The notes beneath the pieces are model-generated. The model was not told the DNA's origin and did no database searches. It was given only the letters and a program-made list of their open reading frames with translations. This document shows positions 1 to 11,356 of a stretch of 20,000 nt of DNA, in pieces; within the stretch, counting starts at the first letter, position 1, and each line of letters opens with the position of its first letter. Source of the DNA: an uncultured virus (IMG/VR IMGVR_UViG_3300037963_004868) (Duplodnaviria; Heunggongvirae; Uroviricota; Caudoviricetes); the IMG/VR virus record IMGVR_UViG_3300037963_004868; one strand, written 5' to 3'. A program made the position numbers and the translations under genes.

Positions 1-3000
1 TCATATATTCATCATCAATCTTAAGTAAATCTCTTGGTTGAATAGAAGAAATACCACTAACATTGAAAGTTGAAAGACCTACAGGAATTGTTCCAACCCC
101 AGCAACATTATAGAATCCATTATTTTCAAGAGTGTGTGAAACTGGAGTAAATGTAATTGGTTGTTGAATAATACCATCAAGACTGATAACTGTCTTAGAT
201 AGTTTCTTAGTAAATTCCAATTTATGTGCATTACCCTCACCAGGATTAGTGAAAGTTACTCCAATTCCAGAATTTGCTCTCTCTTTGGTTGTTGCTAATC
301 GGAAACTATTTGCGTTAATGACAATTGGATATACTTTTTCTGGGAGTTGATCTACAACAACGCCAAGGTAGTTTGAAGTTTCTCCAATACCAACTTCAGA
401 TTTTCCAACCCCAACAAAAGTAGATCCTGGAGTGTAAGTCAATTCTTCTCCGGTATTGAAGAAGTGGTTATTAATTGTAAAAATACCTGTTACTGGATTA
501 AGAACATTTGTATTGGATGGATCAAAAACTTTTTCATAGATAGGAATACCCTCATGATTTAGATCAAATGAAGTTCTATTTGCTCTAAATCCATTTAAAG
601 AATCAAAAGAGGAAAGGAATAAATTTTGCTCAAGTGAATTATACTTCAGAGTATTTGGTATATTGTCAAAATCACTTATAGTGTAGAATACTTCGTTAAA
701 TGATTGAGTTGTATAGTTTGTAGAAATATCATCTGGATAGAAATTAACAAAGAAATTGTTGCCTACAATCTTAGCACCGAATGAACCCAATCCTGCAGAA
801 CCGGCAGTTGCTACAAACATTCCAGGAATAACAGTAACTTCTGAACCACTGCACAAAGCAGTTACTTGATGCAGAGCTGAACTTGAACCAACAGAAACTC
901 TAACAAGTGATGAAACTGAAGATATAAGAGTTTTATCATATTCTGCAATAGTTGTAATACCTGTGTGAGTGTCAGATACACAGTCAAGTAACGCACTTCT
1001 TTCGGATGTTGGAGGTTGACTATTTTCTAAGAATCTATAAGTATCATCTGTTCCAGATTGTGTAAATTCAATAATACTTGAGCGAACATCATAGGTAGAG
1101 GTATCAATGCCAGGATTTTTAATACTAACAGTGACAATTCCTACACCATCATATATTGTGGTAACAATACCAACATTGGAAGAACTATATGAAAGAGTAT
1201 CAGAATCAAAATAGTATTCACTAAGATAAGTGTTTGTCCCATCAAAATTAACAAATGCTTCAATATTTGCAAAATCACCTTTATCAAATCTGTTAATCAT
1301 TTCAATGCTTATAAAAGCAGCATTGAAATCTGCAGAGTCAATTTGATACAATGCTTTTTCACTAGAAGCAGTTCCTACACTGGTAATGCCAGTAACGTTT
1401 GAATTGACTAAATCGATTGAACCAATTGTATGAGATCCAGTTCCACTAGAAGAATTTAAATATTTCCTCTTAAGAATTTTGATATCTAAATCAGTATCAA
1501 AAGGATCTGTTGGTGTGAAGAATAATATCTTCCTTTCATTTTGAATGTCAAGACTAAATTCTCCAAAACTTGTAGTCAATCCTGCAGAAAATGCATTATT
1601 TTTTTCAAAAAGATACGTATCAATATTTGATGTTTGAGCAATCAACTCAGAAATCTGAACATCTAAGGTATCTGGATTTACAATTTGAATTAAATATCTA
1701 ACATTTGTGTCAGCGATGTTAATCTCTTCAATTTCTATTATATTGCCTTCAAATCCTTTACTGGAAAACTTACCGCTAATATCATCATGAATAAGAACTC
1801 TGTTAGTTTTACATTCGGTATAGTTTGCTAGTTTTCTATTACCAATTCTAAGGAATTTAGATTGCTCAGCACCAAGAGAAGTTACTCTAGTATCATCATC
1901 AACTGCTATATCAAAATTATTGATTGTCCAAACTTTAGATTCATCAATAATATCAAGAACAGCTACTGCCGTAGTAGATCCTGACAATTCAGATGCACTA
2001 TCTACTGATGATGTAATACCAACATCAGCAAAATTTTTCATGCCTGCAGGATGAACAATAGAGTTCAATGGACCAGACATTACTGACCAAGGTATTGGAC
2101 TCTTGACAGAATATGAAAGATTCTGATAATAATCATTATCGGGAGTTACTTGATAGTCTTCACTTAATTTACCCTTATCATCTTTCCATCCAAATTCCTT
2201 TTTAGAAGAATAATTAATATTAAACTTAGCTCTATCTTTGCCAATTGATATAATTTCGGCAATAGTTCCGGTAATTTTACCTTTAATTTTATCTCCAGAT
2301 TTGAACTCTTGAGGTCCAACTGTTTTAATAAAGTCTGGTCTTACTAAAGAAACAACTGCTTTAGTCTCTACAAAACCAGAACCACTGTTAACAAATAAAC
2401 CTTCATTTAGTGTAAATGATGATCTAGATTGAATAACTTCAATGTCTGGATAATCTTTTTTGTTTATAATAGTGGCATATCCAGATTGACTAGTCTTTGC
2501 AATACCAGGATTAGTTGTCAAACCAACACCATCTTCATCCACAAGTGAAAATGTAAGTTGCGCTGGATTAGAGTTAACAAAACTATCAACTTTGAAGAAT
2601 CTATAGTTATAATTTTCAGAATTATACCCTTGACCATTAGTTCCAATTAATTCAATACCTTCAACAAAAATTTGATCACCATCTGCAAAAAGTGATGTAG
2701 TAAATCCTAAAATAGGTGTCTTCAATGTGCAAGTCGCAACACCACTAGAACCAGAAACAATAGAACTAATTCCAACTCCATTTGAATTGTTTATTGCAAC
2801 CACTCTATGAGGTTCCGATTCCATACCAAGAATTGGTGCAATTTGTTTAATATCAGAAATTGCTGTATTTGGTATAATTGGTAATAAAGAAGAGTTATCT
2901 ACAACAAAGTTATTTGTTTGATTCCACAATAAAAGATTTGGCGGTGTAATATATTTAAATCCACCACTAATGATATTAAATTCAGAAATAGTATCTAAAT

Positions 3001-6000
3001 TATCAATATTAAGTTTTGTAGGAAGTGCCGCTTCTGGTCTCAATGTTTTATCTGATGGATATCCGTATCCAAGATTCTCAATTCTAATTTTATTAAGTTT
3101 ACCTACTGACGTTGAAATTGCTACTAAATTAGCATTTATACCATTTTTAGAAGAAACATCTGTAAACTTTGGTAATTTTTTATAATTAAATCCAGAAGAT
3201 AAAATTTTAACCGATCCAATAGAACTTCTTGCAGTATTTGATTTAGTTTTATATGTCGCTTCATCACATTCTTCTCTAACATTATATTTTAATACTGATG
3301 GTAATCTATATGGAGAAATTTTAAAACTTGTTGAAGTTACACCAGTAATATTATATGTTCCATTATATTCACTCTTTTCATAATTAATTTCTGAATAATT
3401 TTTAACATCAATATCTGCAGTACTAATATATCCTGCTTTTTCTACTGCATAGAAAAGTTTTGATGGAATATTTTCCGAGTACCTTAAGGTTATAGATGCA
3501 GTTCCAACTCCAGAAACACCAATATTTTCAACATTAAAATTGGTGTCATCATATGAAGTTATAAACTCATTTTCAAAATTTTCATCATAGAAAATCTTAA
3601 AATTATATTCAGTCAGAGAAGGATCTCCTAAAAGGAATTGAATATCAGAATTTCTAATAACATCAATCTTTGGATTTACTTTAGCAAAACTATGAATACT
3701 TGCACCTGTTCCAACAATATTAACTACTTTTTCTGTTTTTGGATTTGATTCATATAAAGTTTCTGCAAGTCTAAATGTGTTTCTACCGTCTCTGATAGTA
3801 TAATATAAACCTGTAGTTAATCCTGATGCAACTTCTATACTCTCATAATAAACTTTTTCGCCAGTTTCAAATCCGTGATTGGTTAGAGTAATTGTATTTG
3901 ATGCTATATTGATAGCATCAGAATTGATGCCAATAGGATTGATTAATAATGATTTTGTATCTTCTTTGAATACTACAGTTGCTGCGGCAGTTGTTCCAAC
4001 TCCAACAATAGTATTTGGTTTTACATCAAGAGTAATTACATCATTATTTCTCAATCCATGTGTTGAAGAAGTACTAACAGTAGTGATAAGTCTATCAACA
4101 TCGCCAGTAATTTGTGTTGGATTATTTTTAAGTAAGTATTCTGCATTATTCGATCCACCACTACGGAAATAAAGTCCATCGGTAAATGTTGAAAGACCTA
4201 CTGTGGTAGTCAGTCCAATATAATTTTGACCCTTATTGATTGCATATACAGTTGCTACAGTTGCTCTATTTTCTGGTAGATTAAACTGAGTTGAATCTGA
4301 CTCGTCTGAAACAATGAGAACATCAGCGGCAGTAACAGCACTATCATTCATGCTGAAACTAAGTTCTTCACCAGTCTTAAATCCATGATTAGGTACATAG
4401 ATTGTTCTAGTTGGAATTTTAACCAGGTTATCTACACCACCAATAGTGATAGTTTTTTCAATAGCACCATTAGTAGTGGTTCCAAATCCAACTGCATTAT
4501 TCGCATTAAAATAAACTAATTTAGAACGCGACGATTTAAAAGATGGAGTTTTTGCTTGAATTTTAATTCTATCTGGAATTAAATTAACTTCACTACTCAG
4601 AGTATGAGCAACACCAGCGTTTCCAAATCTCTTAACTTTTATAGTGCCATTATTGTAGTTGTTTAAAACTCTTACAGTTTCATCAGTTATAATACTGCCA
4701 TCATCAGAGTGAATGACAATAGTACTACCAATGGAAATATTTGCCAATTGATCAATAAAAATATCTTCAGTTATACCACCATTTGTGGTATAAGAACTCA
4801 TTGTTGCTGCAAGACTAATAGTATCTGAAGAAATACCTGCTTTATGCGTACCTTTTAAATTTGCAATAGATGTTGTCAATCCACTGATAAGAATATTTTC
4901 ATTATTATTGACATCAAATCCATTTTCAAAATATGCAGATACTTGGAATTGACTGTCTCTAACAAAAACTGAATTTGCGTATTGATCTAAGTCTGTATCA
5001 ATTTCTGTAATATTTTTACCAATGAGTTCAGATACTTCAACCGATAGTCCGGACCCACCAGTTTCAGTTTGATCAAAATTGACTATATCACCTACCTGAT
5101 AATCTTTACCACCAGAAAAAATATCAATTTTTTCTACAGAACCTCTAGTGACAGAGGTAACAAAAGTTTTTTGTGCAAAAGTTTCATACCCCTCATCAAT
5201 AAAATCATAATCTGCGTTTTCACTAGCGATTTTATATGGGAATACATTTCTAACTAGATTTGAATTGTTAAAGTCAAATGTCTGATCTAAGTATAAATTA
5301 TCTTGATCAAGTTTTGATTTAAATGTATTTCCAACAAAATATGGATAAAGTGGAACAAGTTTGTTTACGACTAAACTTGTTGTTACACCTGCAAAATATG
5401 CATAAATTCCATTTGGAAACTCTGGAGTTTTGCAAAATCTTCCATTATGAACATCTAAATCTCCATTATTATCGAACTTATAATCTTCAATGAAATATCC
5501 CGGTGCAAATATAGATGTGCTTGGTCTATCAAAAACAGAATTTGAATCTAAAGAATATCCAGGAGTAAGTAAAGTGGGACCAGACTGAACATTATCAGCA
5601 TCTTTGTATCCATATGGTCCATAGATTGGATTGCCATCATATGCCCAACCAATAATTTTAGAGTGTTCGCTGTTTATTTTATCATCAAAAACACCTGCCA
5701 AATCTTCAGAATATCCCAAAATAGAATATTCTAATCCATCTTCTGTATTATTTTCTTTTAAAATTCCAAATATTTTTTGATTTTTGAGAATAGAACTTTC
5801 AGCGTATCTTTCCGCATCATTTACAGAAAGACTTCTAATCTTTGTATTGAAAATTGCACCAGAACCTCTTGGTTTTACTCTGATAGTTGTGCTATCTGGA
5901 TTATAACCAATACCTTCATTGATAACGATTACATCATTAATTTTCCCATTAACAATTACTGGTCTTAAAATTGCACCAGAACCAACGTTAAATTCATCTT

Positions 6001-9000
6001 CAACAATTAACTCTGGAGTAGAAAAATATTCTTTTCCAGAACCAAGTACTTGTACTTCAATAATTCTACCATTTGATATTATTGGATTAAGTTGTGCAAG
6101 TTTTCCATTCTTTATACTAACAATAGGTTGTTTCTGTAAATTCAATACAGTCGAACCATATCCAGCACCAGATTCATACATGTAAGCATCTACAATTGGT
6201 CCTGTAATAATTGGTGTAAAATTAAGATTACCAGTTAATGTTGAACCAAAAGAAACTGTTGCAGTTACTGTAATTGGTGGATATTGGAATACATGATATC
6301 CAGAACCAATACCAGATATTTCTGTATATCTAGATCTTGTTAAATCATTAGTGAGAGTTGCTCCTGCACCAACGTTTATTAATCTAAAATTATCATCATC
6401 AAGTTTTTGAATTGAATATTGAACGTTTGTTGAAAGTCCATCAATTAATTGATTACCCTCAGTTGTTTCTTCTGTAGAATATTCAACAATATCACCATTG
6501 TTAAATCCATGATTTTTAAAAGTAAATCTATCATACTGGGTGGATATTCCGGAGGATTTTATTCTTAACTTCCTGTGTTGATATCCAGAACCTGGTTCTA
6601 TGACTTTTACTTTTTTCAGAGTTGGTGTAGGAATAGTTCTGAACTGGTGTATACCACTTTCTGTAGTTGCTGTGCTAAATCCAATTGTATTAATACCTGA
6701 AGAGGCATCTGAGATATTATTAAAAAGTTTAATTGTTGAAGTGTTTACTATTCTAACAAAGTATTCATCTCCAGATACAAGTCTATTATCAAGACTGTTT
6801 GAAGGATCTTGAAAATCTCCGATACCAATTTCATTATTTCCATTTGAATTGTAGGATACTTTTTGAAATTGTGATAAATTATGTGGTTTGAGGAAGGTTA
6901 TTGTTTCATCATTACTATCAATACCACCACCTAATTGGAGTGCTCTACTATCAAACTCCAATGTTCTGAATCTATCTCCAATGATAGGTTCTAAAATACA
7001 TCCACTGCCATTCGCACCTTGTAACGTTATTGCAGAAATTCCATCGATATCAAAGTCCTGTGGGTCAATTAAAACTTCAGAAACCGAACCAGAAATAATT
7101 GGTTCTACAAGAGCAGATGAACCTACACCAGTAGTAATTCTCAACTGTGGTGGATTAATCATATCATAATTCATACCACCATTAAAAACTTCAAAATCTG
7201 TCAACGGTCCATAATAAATTTTATCATTGGACTTTGGACTTAAAATTTGTACACCATCTATTAATTGTCCAATATGTAAAGTTCCTCTGTCTGAACTATC
7301 CGAGTTTGTAATTACTTTATTGAGGGGATATTTTCTCAGTATTGGTGATGGTAAAATTTTTCTAGATTTCTGAGTTATTAATGTAAATCTATGTGTTGCT
7401 GCAGTATCTAAATTTGGACTAAACTCAATAAAATCAGTTCCAGATGATAATAAAGAACTTGAAATGTAAAGTCTAATTTTATTGGGTTGAATTACATCAA
7501 CAATATATGATTCTCCAGACTTAAGACCTTTAAGCGGTTTATCTGAAGTATATCTAACTCTATCACCATCAATAAATTTTATGGTAGATGAAAATTTTAT
7601 TATTGAATAGGATTTACTAAAATCACTGTATCCTCCAAAATTATCCACTGTACCATCTGAAAGTTCATATTCAATCAAAGAATCTTCAATTTCATATTCA
7701 GGTAAAGAAAGTGATGCAACATATCCAAATGTTGAATTGTCATCACAATATACATTTTGAATATTGGCAAAATACTTATCGTTCCCTAAAACTAAGTCAA
7801 CATTAGAGCTTGTAACTTTTTCAATTTTTCTTCTAATACTATACTCAACGAGAGGGTTTGGATTAAAAGAAGTGTCTATATTACTAACTATAACCTGATT
7901 AAGTGTAGTATTAATTGATGAAATTGTGGCATTACTAGCAACTACCGTTTCCGAACTACCAACTAGTATGTCAATTATATCTCCAATCTTTAAACTTGAT
8001 TTATCAATTTTGGAATATAATGTGTATGTTGAACCTTCAATCTTTTTAACATTATATCTTGAACTTGTATTGTAAATCCAGGAATTAGCAAAAATTTCTT
8101 TGTAAGAAGTATATACTTCTGGATTTTGAATTACTTCTCCAGTAGATAATATTCTAATTTCTTCTCCCTCTTCTAGAAGTGAGACATCATCAATCTCCAC
8201 AAAATTATTTAAAACACCTGTCAAACGGATGTTTACTTTTCTTTCTAAATCTCCATTACCATATCCATAAACAAATACTTCAGATCTAACTTCATCAGTT
8301 ACATTAACTGCTTCAGTAATACCAGTACATCCAAAAAATTGGTTTATACTTTTAGAAGTAAAGTTAATAGTATTATTTCCTGAAACAATAGTTCCAGAGT
8401 CATTAAAACCAATCGTAGAATCTACAGTAAGTATATCTGCACCTATTGCAGCAGATTCTATTGCTTTAGTGAATCCAGGTACAATGAAAGAATTTTCAAA
8501 ACTTGAGTTGTCATCAAATCCTACAAAAAGTTCAAGTTTATAATATGTTTTTGTGTCTCTGGTAAAAACTTCTACATTAGATACAGACGCTGTAGCGATG
8601 GGAATTGTAGAATCATCAAGAGATCTGTAAATCGCTTGACCCTCAAGTTCAAATGGATTGCCAGAAATAATTTCAGCAACAACAACTTCTCTTCTAATAT
8701 ATTCTGCACCAGATGATTTAATCAGTCGTGTTTCAAGATCTATAACATCTGCTTGAACACCATAAAGAACTTTAAACAGAATTTTTACAGATTCTGCAAT
8801 ACCTTTACTTTGATAAAAATCTTTAATTTGCCTGATGAAGTTTGCTACATCTAAATCAGAAATAAACTTTTGATTTTCAAACCCTGGAGCAAATGCAGTT
8901 TTAATTTTGCGATAAAATTCTTGTAAAAATAGTGAACTTAAATTAGATACACTACTCCCTTGAATATGAGAACTTGATTTAGTATCTGAAAAATTTACTG

Positions 9001-9430
9001 TCTGCTTGTTTACATTAGAAAAATCTTTCTCAATATTATTATTATATCCATCAATTCCAGAAAATCCTCTAATACATCCTAAAAACTCAGTATCAGTTTT
9101 TGATGTATACGTAATAATCTCATCATCAATCTTTAAAAGACCATACTCTTCTGGATAACCTTTTGTCGAAGATACTGTAATTGTGGTATCTGAAGGTTGA
9201 ATGGCAATAGAAAGAGTGGTCTTTCCAATAATAACTTCTGGAATTAAATTATCTAATTTTAAATATCTGTCAAGATTACTAATTAAATCATCAGGTGAAC
9301 CTTGACTTTCTTGCGAAATATAATATTGCTTGAGAAAATCTACCGCTTTTGGAAATTCGGCAACTAAAAATTCTGGAAGTTGACTCTCAATAATTTTATT
9401 GATTTGCAACTTTCTTTCAAAATGCGACAT
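1..9430 (-). CDS. gp7: Giant baseplate wedge initiator (gp7-like, cyanophage VrlC-type), C-terminus beyond the window edge; >3,140 aa
   Basis: ATG at 9430, 3 nt after the gp6 stop, reads MSHFERKLQINKIIESQLPEFLVAEFPKAVDFLKQYYISQE. The same frame is open at the left edge (SGISSIQPRDLLKIDDEYM). The ORF track lists no minus-strand ORF here, consistent with no internal stop. Motifs FYQSKGIAESVKILFKVLYG (~8760-8820) and DNDYYQNLSYSVKS...VHPAGMKNF (~2030-2140) are typical of this family, and gp25-gp6-gp7 synteny fits. Confidence 0.88.
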   Translation of the reverse strand, partial: MSHFERKLQINKIIESQLPEFLVAEFPKAVDFLKQYYISQESQGSPDDLISNLDRYLKLDNLIPEVIIGKTTLSIAIQPSDTTITVSSTKGYPEEYGLLKIDDEIITYTSKTDTEFLGCIRGFSGIDGYNNNIEKDFSNVNKQTVNFSDTKSSSHIQGSSVSNLSSLFLQEFYRKIKTAFAPGFENQKFISDLDVANFIRQIKDFYQSKGIAESVKILFKVLYGVQADVIDLETRLIKSSGAEYIRREVVVAEIISGNPFELEGQAIYRSLDDSTIPIATASVSNVEVFTRDTKTYYKLELFVGFDDNSSFENSFIVPGFTKAIESAAIGADILTVDSTIGFNDSGTIVSGNNTINFTSKSINQFFGCTGITEAVNVTDEVRSEVFVYGYGNGDLERKVNIRLTGVLNNFVEIDDVSLLEEGEEIRILSTGEVIQNPEVYTSYKEIFANSWIYNTSSRYNVKKIEGSTYTLYSKIDKSSLKIGDIIDILVGSSETVVASNATISSINTTLNQVIVSNIDTSFNPNPLVEYSIRRKIEKVTSSNVDLVLGNDKYFANIQNVYCDDNSTFGYVASLSLPEYEIEDSLIEYELSDGTVDNFGGYSDFSKSYSIIKFSSTIKFIDGDRVRYTSDKPLKGLKSGESYIVDVIQPNKIRLYISSSLLSSGTDFIEFSPNLDTAATHRFTLITQKSRKILPSPILRKYPLNKVITNSDSSDRGTLHIGQLIDGVQILSPKSNDKIYYGPLTDFEVFNGGMNYDMINPPQLRITTGVGSSALVEPIISGSVSEVLIDPQDFDIDGISAITLQGANGSGCILEPIIGDRFRTLEFDSRALQLGGGIDSNDETITFLKPHNLSQFQKVSYNSNGNNEIGIGDFQDPSNSLDNRLVSGDEYFVRIVNTSTIKLFNNISDASSGINTIGFSTATTESGIHQFRTIPTPTLKKVKVIEPGSGYQHRKLRIKSSGISTQYDRFTFKNHGFNNGDIVEYSTEETTEGNQLIDGLSTNVQYSIQKLDDDNFRLINVGAGATLTNDLTRSRYTEISGIGSGYHVFQYPPITVTATVSFGSTLTGNLNFTPIITGPIVDAYMYESGAGYGSTVLNLQKQPIVSIKNGKLAQLNPIISNGRIIEVQVLGSGKEYFSTPELIVEDEFNVGSGAILRPVIVNGKINDVIVINEGIGYNPDSTTIRVKPRGSGAIFNTKIRSLSVNDAERYAESSILKNQKIFGILKENNTEDGLEYSILGYSEDLAGVFDDKINSEHSKIIGWAYDGNPIYGPYGYKDADNVQSGPTLLTPGYSLDSNSVFDRPSTSIFAPGYFIEDYKFDNNGDLDVHNGRFCKTPEFPNGIYAYFAGVTTSLVVNKLVPLYPYFVGNTFKSKLDQDNLYLDQTFDFNNSNLVRNVFPYKIASENADYDFIDEGYETFAQKTFVTSVTRGSVEKIDIFSGGKDYQVGDIVNFDQTETGGSGLSVEVSELIGKNITEIDTDLDQYANSVFVRDSQFQVSAYFENGFDVNNNENILISGLTTSIANLKGTHKAGISSDTISLAATMSSYTTNGGITEDIFIDQLANISIGSTIVIHSDDGSIITDETVRVLNNYNNGTIKVKRFGNAGVAHTLSSEVNLIPDRIKIQAKTPSFKSSRSKLVYFNANNAVGFGTTTNGAIEKTITIGGVDNLVKIPTRTIYVPNHGFKTGEELSFSMNDSAVTAADVLIVSDESDSTQFNLPENRATVATVYAINKGQNYIGLTTTVGLSTFTDGLYFRSGGSNNAEYLLKNNPTQITGDVDRLITTVSTSSTHGLRNNDVITLDVKPNTIVGVGTTAAATVVFKEDTKSLLINPIGINSDAINIASNTITLTNHGFETGEKVYYESIEVASGLTTGLYYTIRDGRNTFRLAETLYESNPKTEKVVNIVGTGASIHSFAKVNPKIDVIRNSDIQFLLGDPSLTEYNFKIFYDENFENEFITSYDDTNFNVENIGVSGVGTASITLRYSENIPSKLFYAVEKAGYISTADIDVKNYSEINYEKSEYNGTYNITGVTSTSFKISPYRLPSVLKYNVREECDEATYKTKSNTARSSIGSVKILSSGFNYKKLPKFTDVSSKNGINANLVAISTSVGKLNKIRIENLGYGYPSDKTLRPEAALPTKLNIDNLDTISEFNIISGGFKYITPPNLLLWNQTNNFVVDNSSLLPIIPNTAISDIKQIAPILGMESEPHRVVAINNSNGVGISSIVSGSSGVATCTLKTPILGFTTSLFADGDQIFVEGIELIGTNGQGYNSENYNYRFFKVDSFVNSNPAQLTFSLVDEDGVGLTTNPGIAKTSQSGYATIINKKDYPDIEVIQSRSSFTLNEGLFVNSGSGFVETKAVVSLVRPDFIKTVGPQEFKSGDKIKGKITGTIAEIISIGKDRAKFNINYSSKKEFGWKDDKGKLSEDYQVTPDNDYYQNLSYSVKSPIPWSVMSGPLNSIVHPAGMKNFADVGITSSVDSASELSGSTTAVAVLDIIDESKVWTINNFDIAVDDDTRVTSLGAEQSKFLRIGNRKLANYTECKTNRVLIHDDISGKFSSKGFEGNIIEIEEINIADTNVRYLIQIVNPDTLDVQISELIAQTSNIDTYLFEKNNAFSAGLTTSFGEFSLDIQNERKILFFTPTDPFDTDLDIKILKRKYLNSSSGTGSHTIGSIDLVNSNVTGITSVGTASSEKALYQIDSADFNAAFISIEMINRFDKGDFANIEAFVNFDGTNTYLSEYYFDSDTLSYSSSNVGIVTTIYDGVGIVTVSIKNPGIDTSTYDVRSSIIEFTQSGTDDTYRFLENSQPPTSERSALLDCVSDTHTGITTIAEYDKTLISSVSSLVRVSVGSSSALHQVTALCSGSEVTVIPGMFVATAGSAGLGSFGAKIVGNNFFVNFYPDDISTNYTTQSFNEVFYTISDFDNIPNTLKYNSLEQNLFLSSFDSLNGFRANRTSFDLNHEGIPIYEKVFDPSNTNVLNPVTGIFTINNHFFNTGEELTYTPGSTFVGVGKSEVGIGETSNYLGVVVDQLPEKVYPIVINANSFRLATTKERANSGIGVTFTNPGEGNAHKLEFTKKLSKTVISLDGIIQQPITFTPVSHTLENNGFYNVAGVGTIPVGLSTFNVSGISSIQPRDLLKIDDEYM

Positions 9431-9433
9431 ATT

Positions 9434-11353
9434 TTATTTCCTCTCTAATGCTCCGTTTGAGTAACTTGAAGTATAATAATCTCTTGTGAAAGAAACGCCA
9501 GAAATATCTTCACCAGATGCAATAACATCTTTAATCATATTTATTCTACTATTGGAAACATCAAAACTAAGATATAAGTCTTTTAATCCAACAATATCAT
9601 TTGATTCTGGAAATGCCTGAATCTCAATAATATTATCTTGAAGAGAAGTTTCTACAATATTAATTGTATTTAAAATAATTTCCCCCTTCTGATAATCAAC
9701 AACTCCAGCATCTTTACTAACAACTATTGTTTCTCCATTGCCCATTTGTTTTACAATGGAAAGAATACCAGTTTTTGTAGTTTGAGGCGTATCAGTGAGA
9801 AATACTGTTGAAGAATTTCCTGCAATTTTAAATCCAGTACTCTTAATGTTTAAACCTTCTGGATTTACATGGAACCTATTACCAAAACATAATTCATACT
9901 GTGCAAATTGATTAGTAAGTGCTCTCAGGTCTCTTCTAATTTTTACTTTTGTTATATTAGAAGTAATTGAAGAGTCCACTCTATCAATCAATTGAAGCAT
10001 CTTGCTATACTTAAACCTTCCACCAAACTTATTAATATCAACATCTTGTGAATAGAGTGACAATGCATCTATTATGCTAGTTCTCAAATCATCAACATTA
10101 GAAATTTGATTGTTGTTATAATATATTGAAGAATCAATCTCAACATAAAGAACCTTAAGATCAATTATATTTTGATTGATACCTGCAATAGCATATTGTT
10201 TCAATTTATTTAAAATATTTTGTTTATCAAAATCTGAAATATATGTACCATTTTTTGGTTTGATGCTGATTTGAACAGTACCAAACTTTGGTGGACTTAA
10301 TTCTTCACCACCAACAACTGCTACAGATTCGGTAGTTGGATAGATTGATTGAATGATTGCCTCATAATCCCTTGCTGTAACCGCCCTAGACTGTGCTGCA
10401 TAGAGTCTGGGAGCAAAGTACTTAATAGAAGATACATTCTCAATATCGCCACCGTTTATCGCCTTCTGAATGGTAGTTACGTTAATTGTATCGTCTGGAA
10501 TTAATCTTTTAGGTTGATTTGACTGGGTTGTTTCGGTCTCTACAAAATTACCCTGGAAGTTAAATTGTGATGGACCGTTACCTGCCTTACCTTCAGTAAT
10601 AATATACCTTACGGTAATGATAGCATTATTCTCTAATGGTCTTCCAAAGTAACCATCACCAAACAAGAGTTCATATTTTTCATCCTGAATCTCTTGAATA
10701 AGATAGATTTCAGAATTTTTGTCTACTTCTAGTATATTATCTGCTCTACGATATTCTCTTCCAAGTCCACTATCATTAATACCCTTTACATATACTCTAA
10801 TCGTTGAAGAATCAACATTGGGGTTATCAATAATAAATCTTTGATCAGTTGATGTATTGACTAAAAACTGCCTTGAAAGTGATGAACCTTGATAAATTTT
10901 AACTGGTTTATCAGCAGTACCAAATTGTGCTTTTCCGTCAATAACCTGAGCAGTTATGTCTTCTGGGATTGAGAAGCGATAAGCTGTGTTATTAAACGCT
11001 CCAGTACACACCAGACCCGCTGTAAGGGTGATAAAACTACTGTTAGTATCAGTAGGGACAGAGAACGTTACACTCGCCGTAGCGGCAGTTTTAGAGCGTG
11101 GTACATAACCAATATTTCTAGCAAGAGAAACAACATTCTCACGTACTGTTGCTGCGTCTAAAAATGATTCATTTACGACAAGATTAGCATTGAACGCATT
11201 AATATACGTATTATATGCTAAAGTATCAATCAAGACAGAAAAATTAGACCCTTCAAAGTCAAAATCTGTGAAATTTGAATTTGCACGAAGATAATCTTTG
11301 ATTTGAGTCTTGATTTGATCGAAATCAAGATTAGTAAACTGTGTAAAAGGCAT
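9434..11353 (-). CDS. gp6: Baseplate wedge subunit gp6
   Basis: 639 aa with LDFDQIKTQIKDYLR...FTDFDFEGSNFSVLIDTLAYNT, SLARNIGYVPRS, YELLFGDGYFG and RAVTARDYEAII, all characteristic of T4 gp6. Confidence 0.95.
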   Translation of the reverse strand: MPFTQFTNLDFDQIKTQIKDYLRANSNFTDFDFEGSNFSVLIDTLAYNTYINAFNANLVVNESFLDAATVRENVVSLARNIGYVPRSKTAATASVTFSVPTDTNSSFITLTAGLVCTGAFNNTAYRFSIPEDITAQVIDGKAQFGTADKPVKIYQGSSLSRQFLVNTSTDQRFIIDNPNVDSSTIRVYVKGINDSGLGREYRRADNILEVDKNSEIYLIQEIQDEKYELLFGDGYFGRPLENNAIITVRYIITEGKAGNGPSQFNFQGNFVETETTQSNQPKRLIPDDTINVTTIQKAINGGDIENVSSIKYFAPRLYAAQSRAVTARDYEAIIQSIYPTTESVAVVGGEELSPPKFGTVQISIKPKNGTYISDFDKQNILNKLKQYAIAGINQNIIDLKVLYVEIDSSIYYNNNQISNVDDLRTSIIDALSLYSQDVDINKFGGRFKYSKMLQLIDRVDSSITSNITKVKIRRDLRALTNQFAQYELCFGNRFHVNPEGLNIKSTGFKIAGNSSTVFLTDTPQTTKTGILSIVKQMGNGETIVVSKDAGVVDYQKGEIILNTINIVETSLQDNIIEIQAFPESNDIVGLKDLYLSFDVSNSRINMIKDVIASGEDISGVSFTRDYYTSSYSNGALERK

Positions 11354-11356
11354 ATT

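Noticed and set aside
2970..7169. Plus-strand ORFs of 62-97 aa in the ORF track
   Set aside because: Antisense shadows of the giant gp7 frame; no RBS or recognisable motifs.
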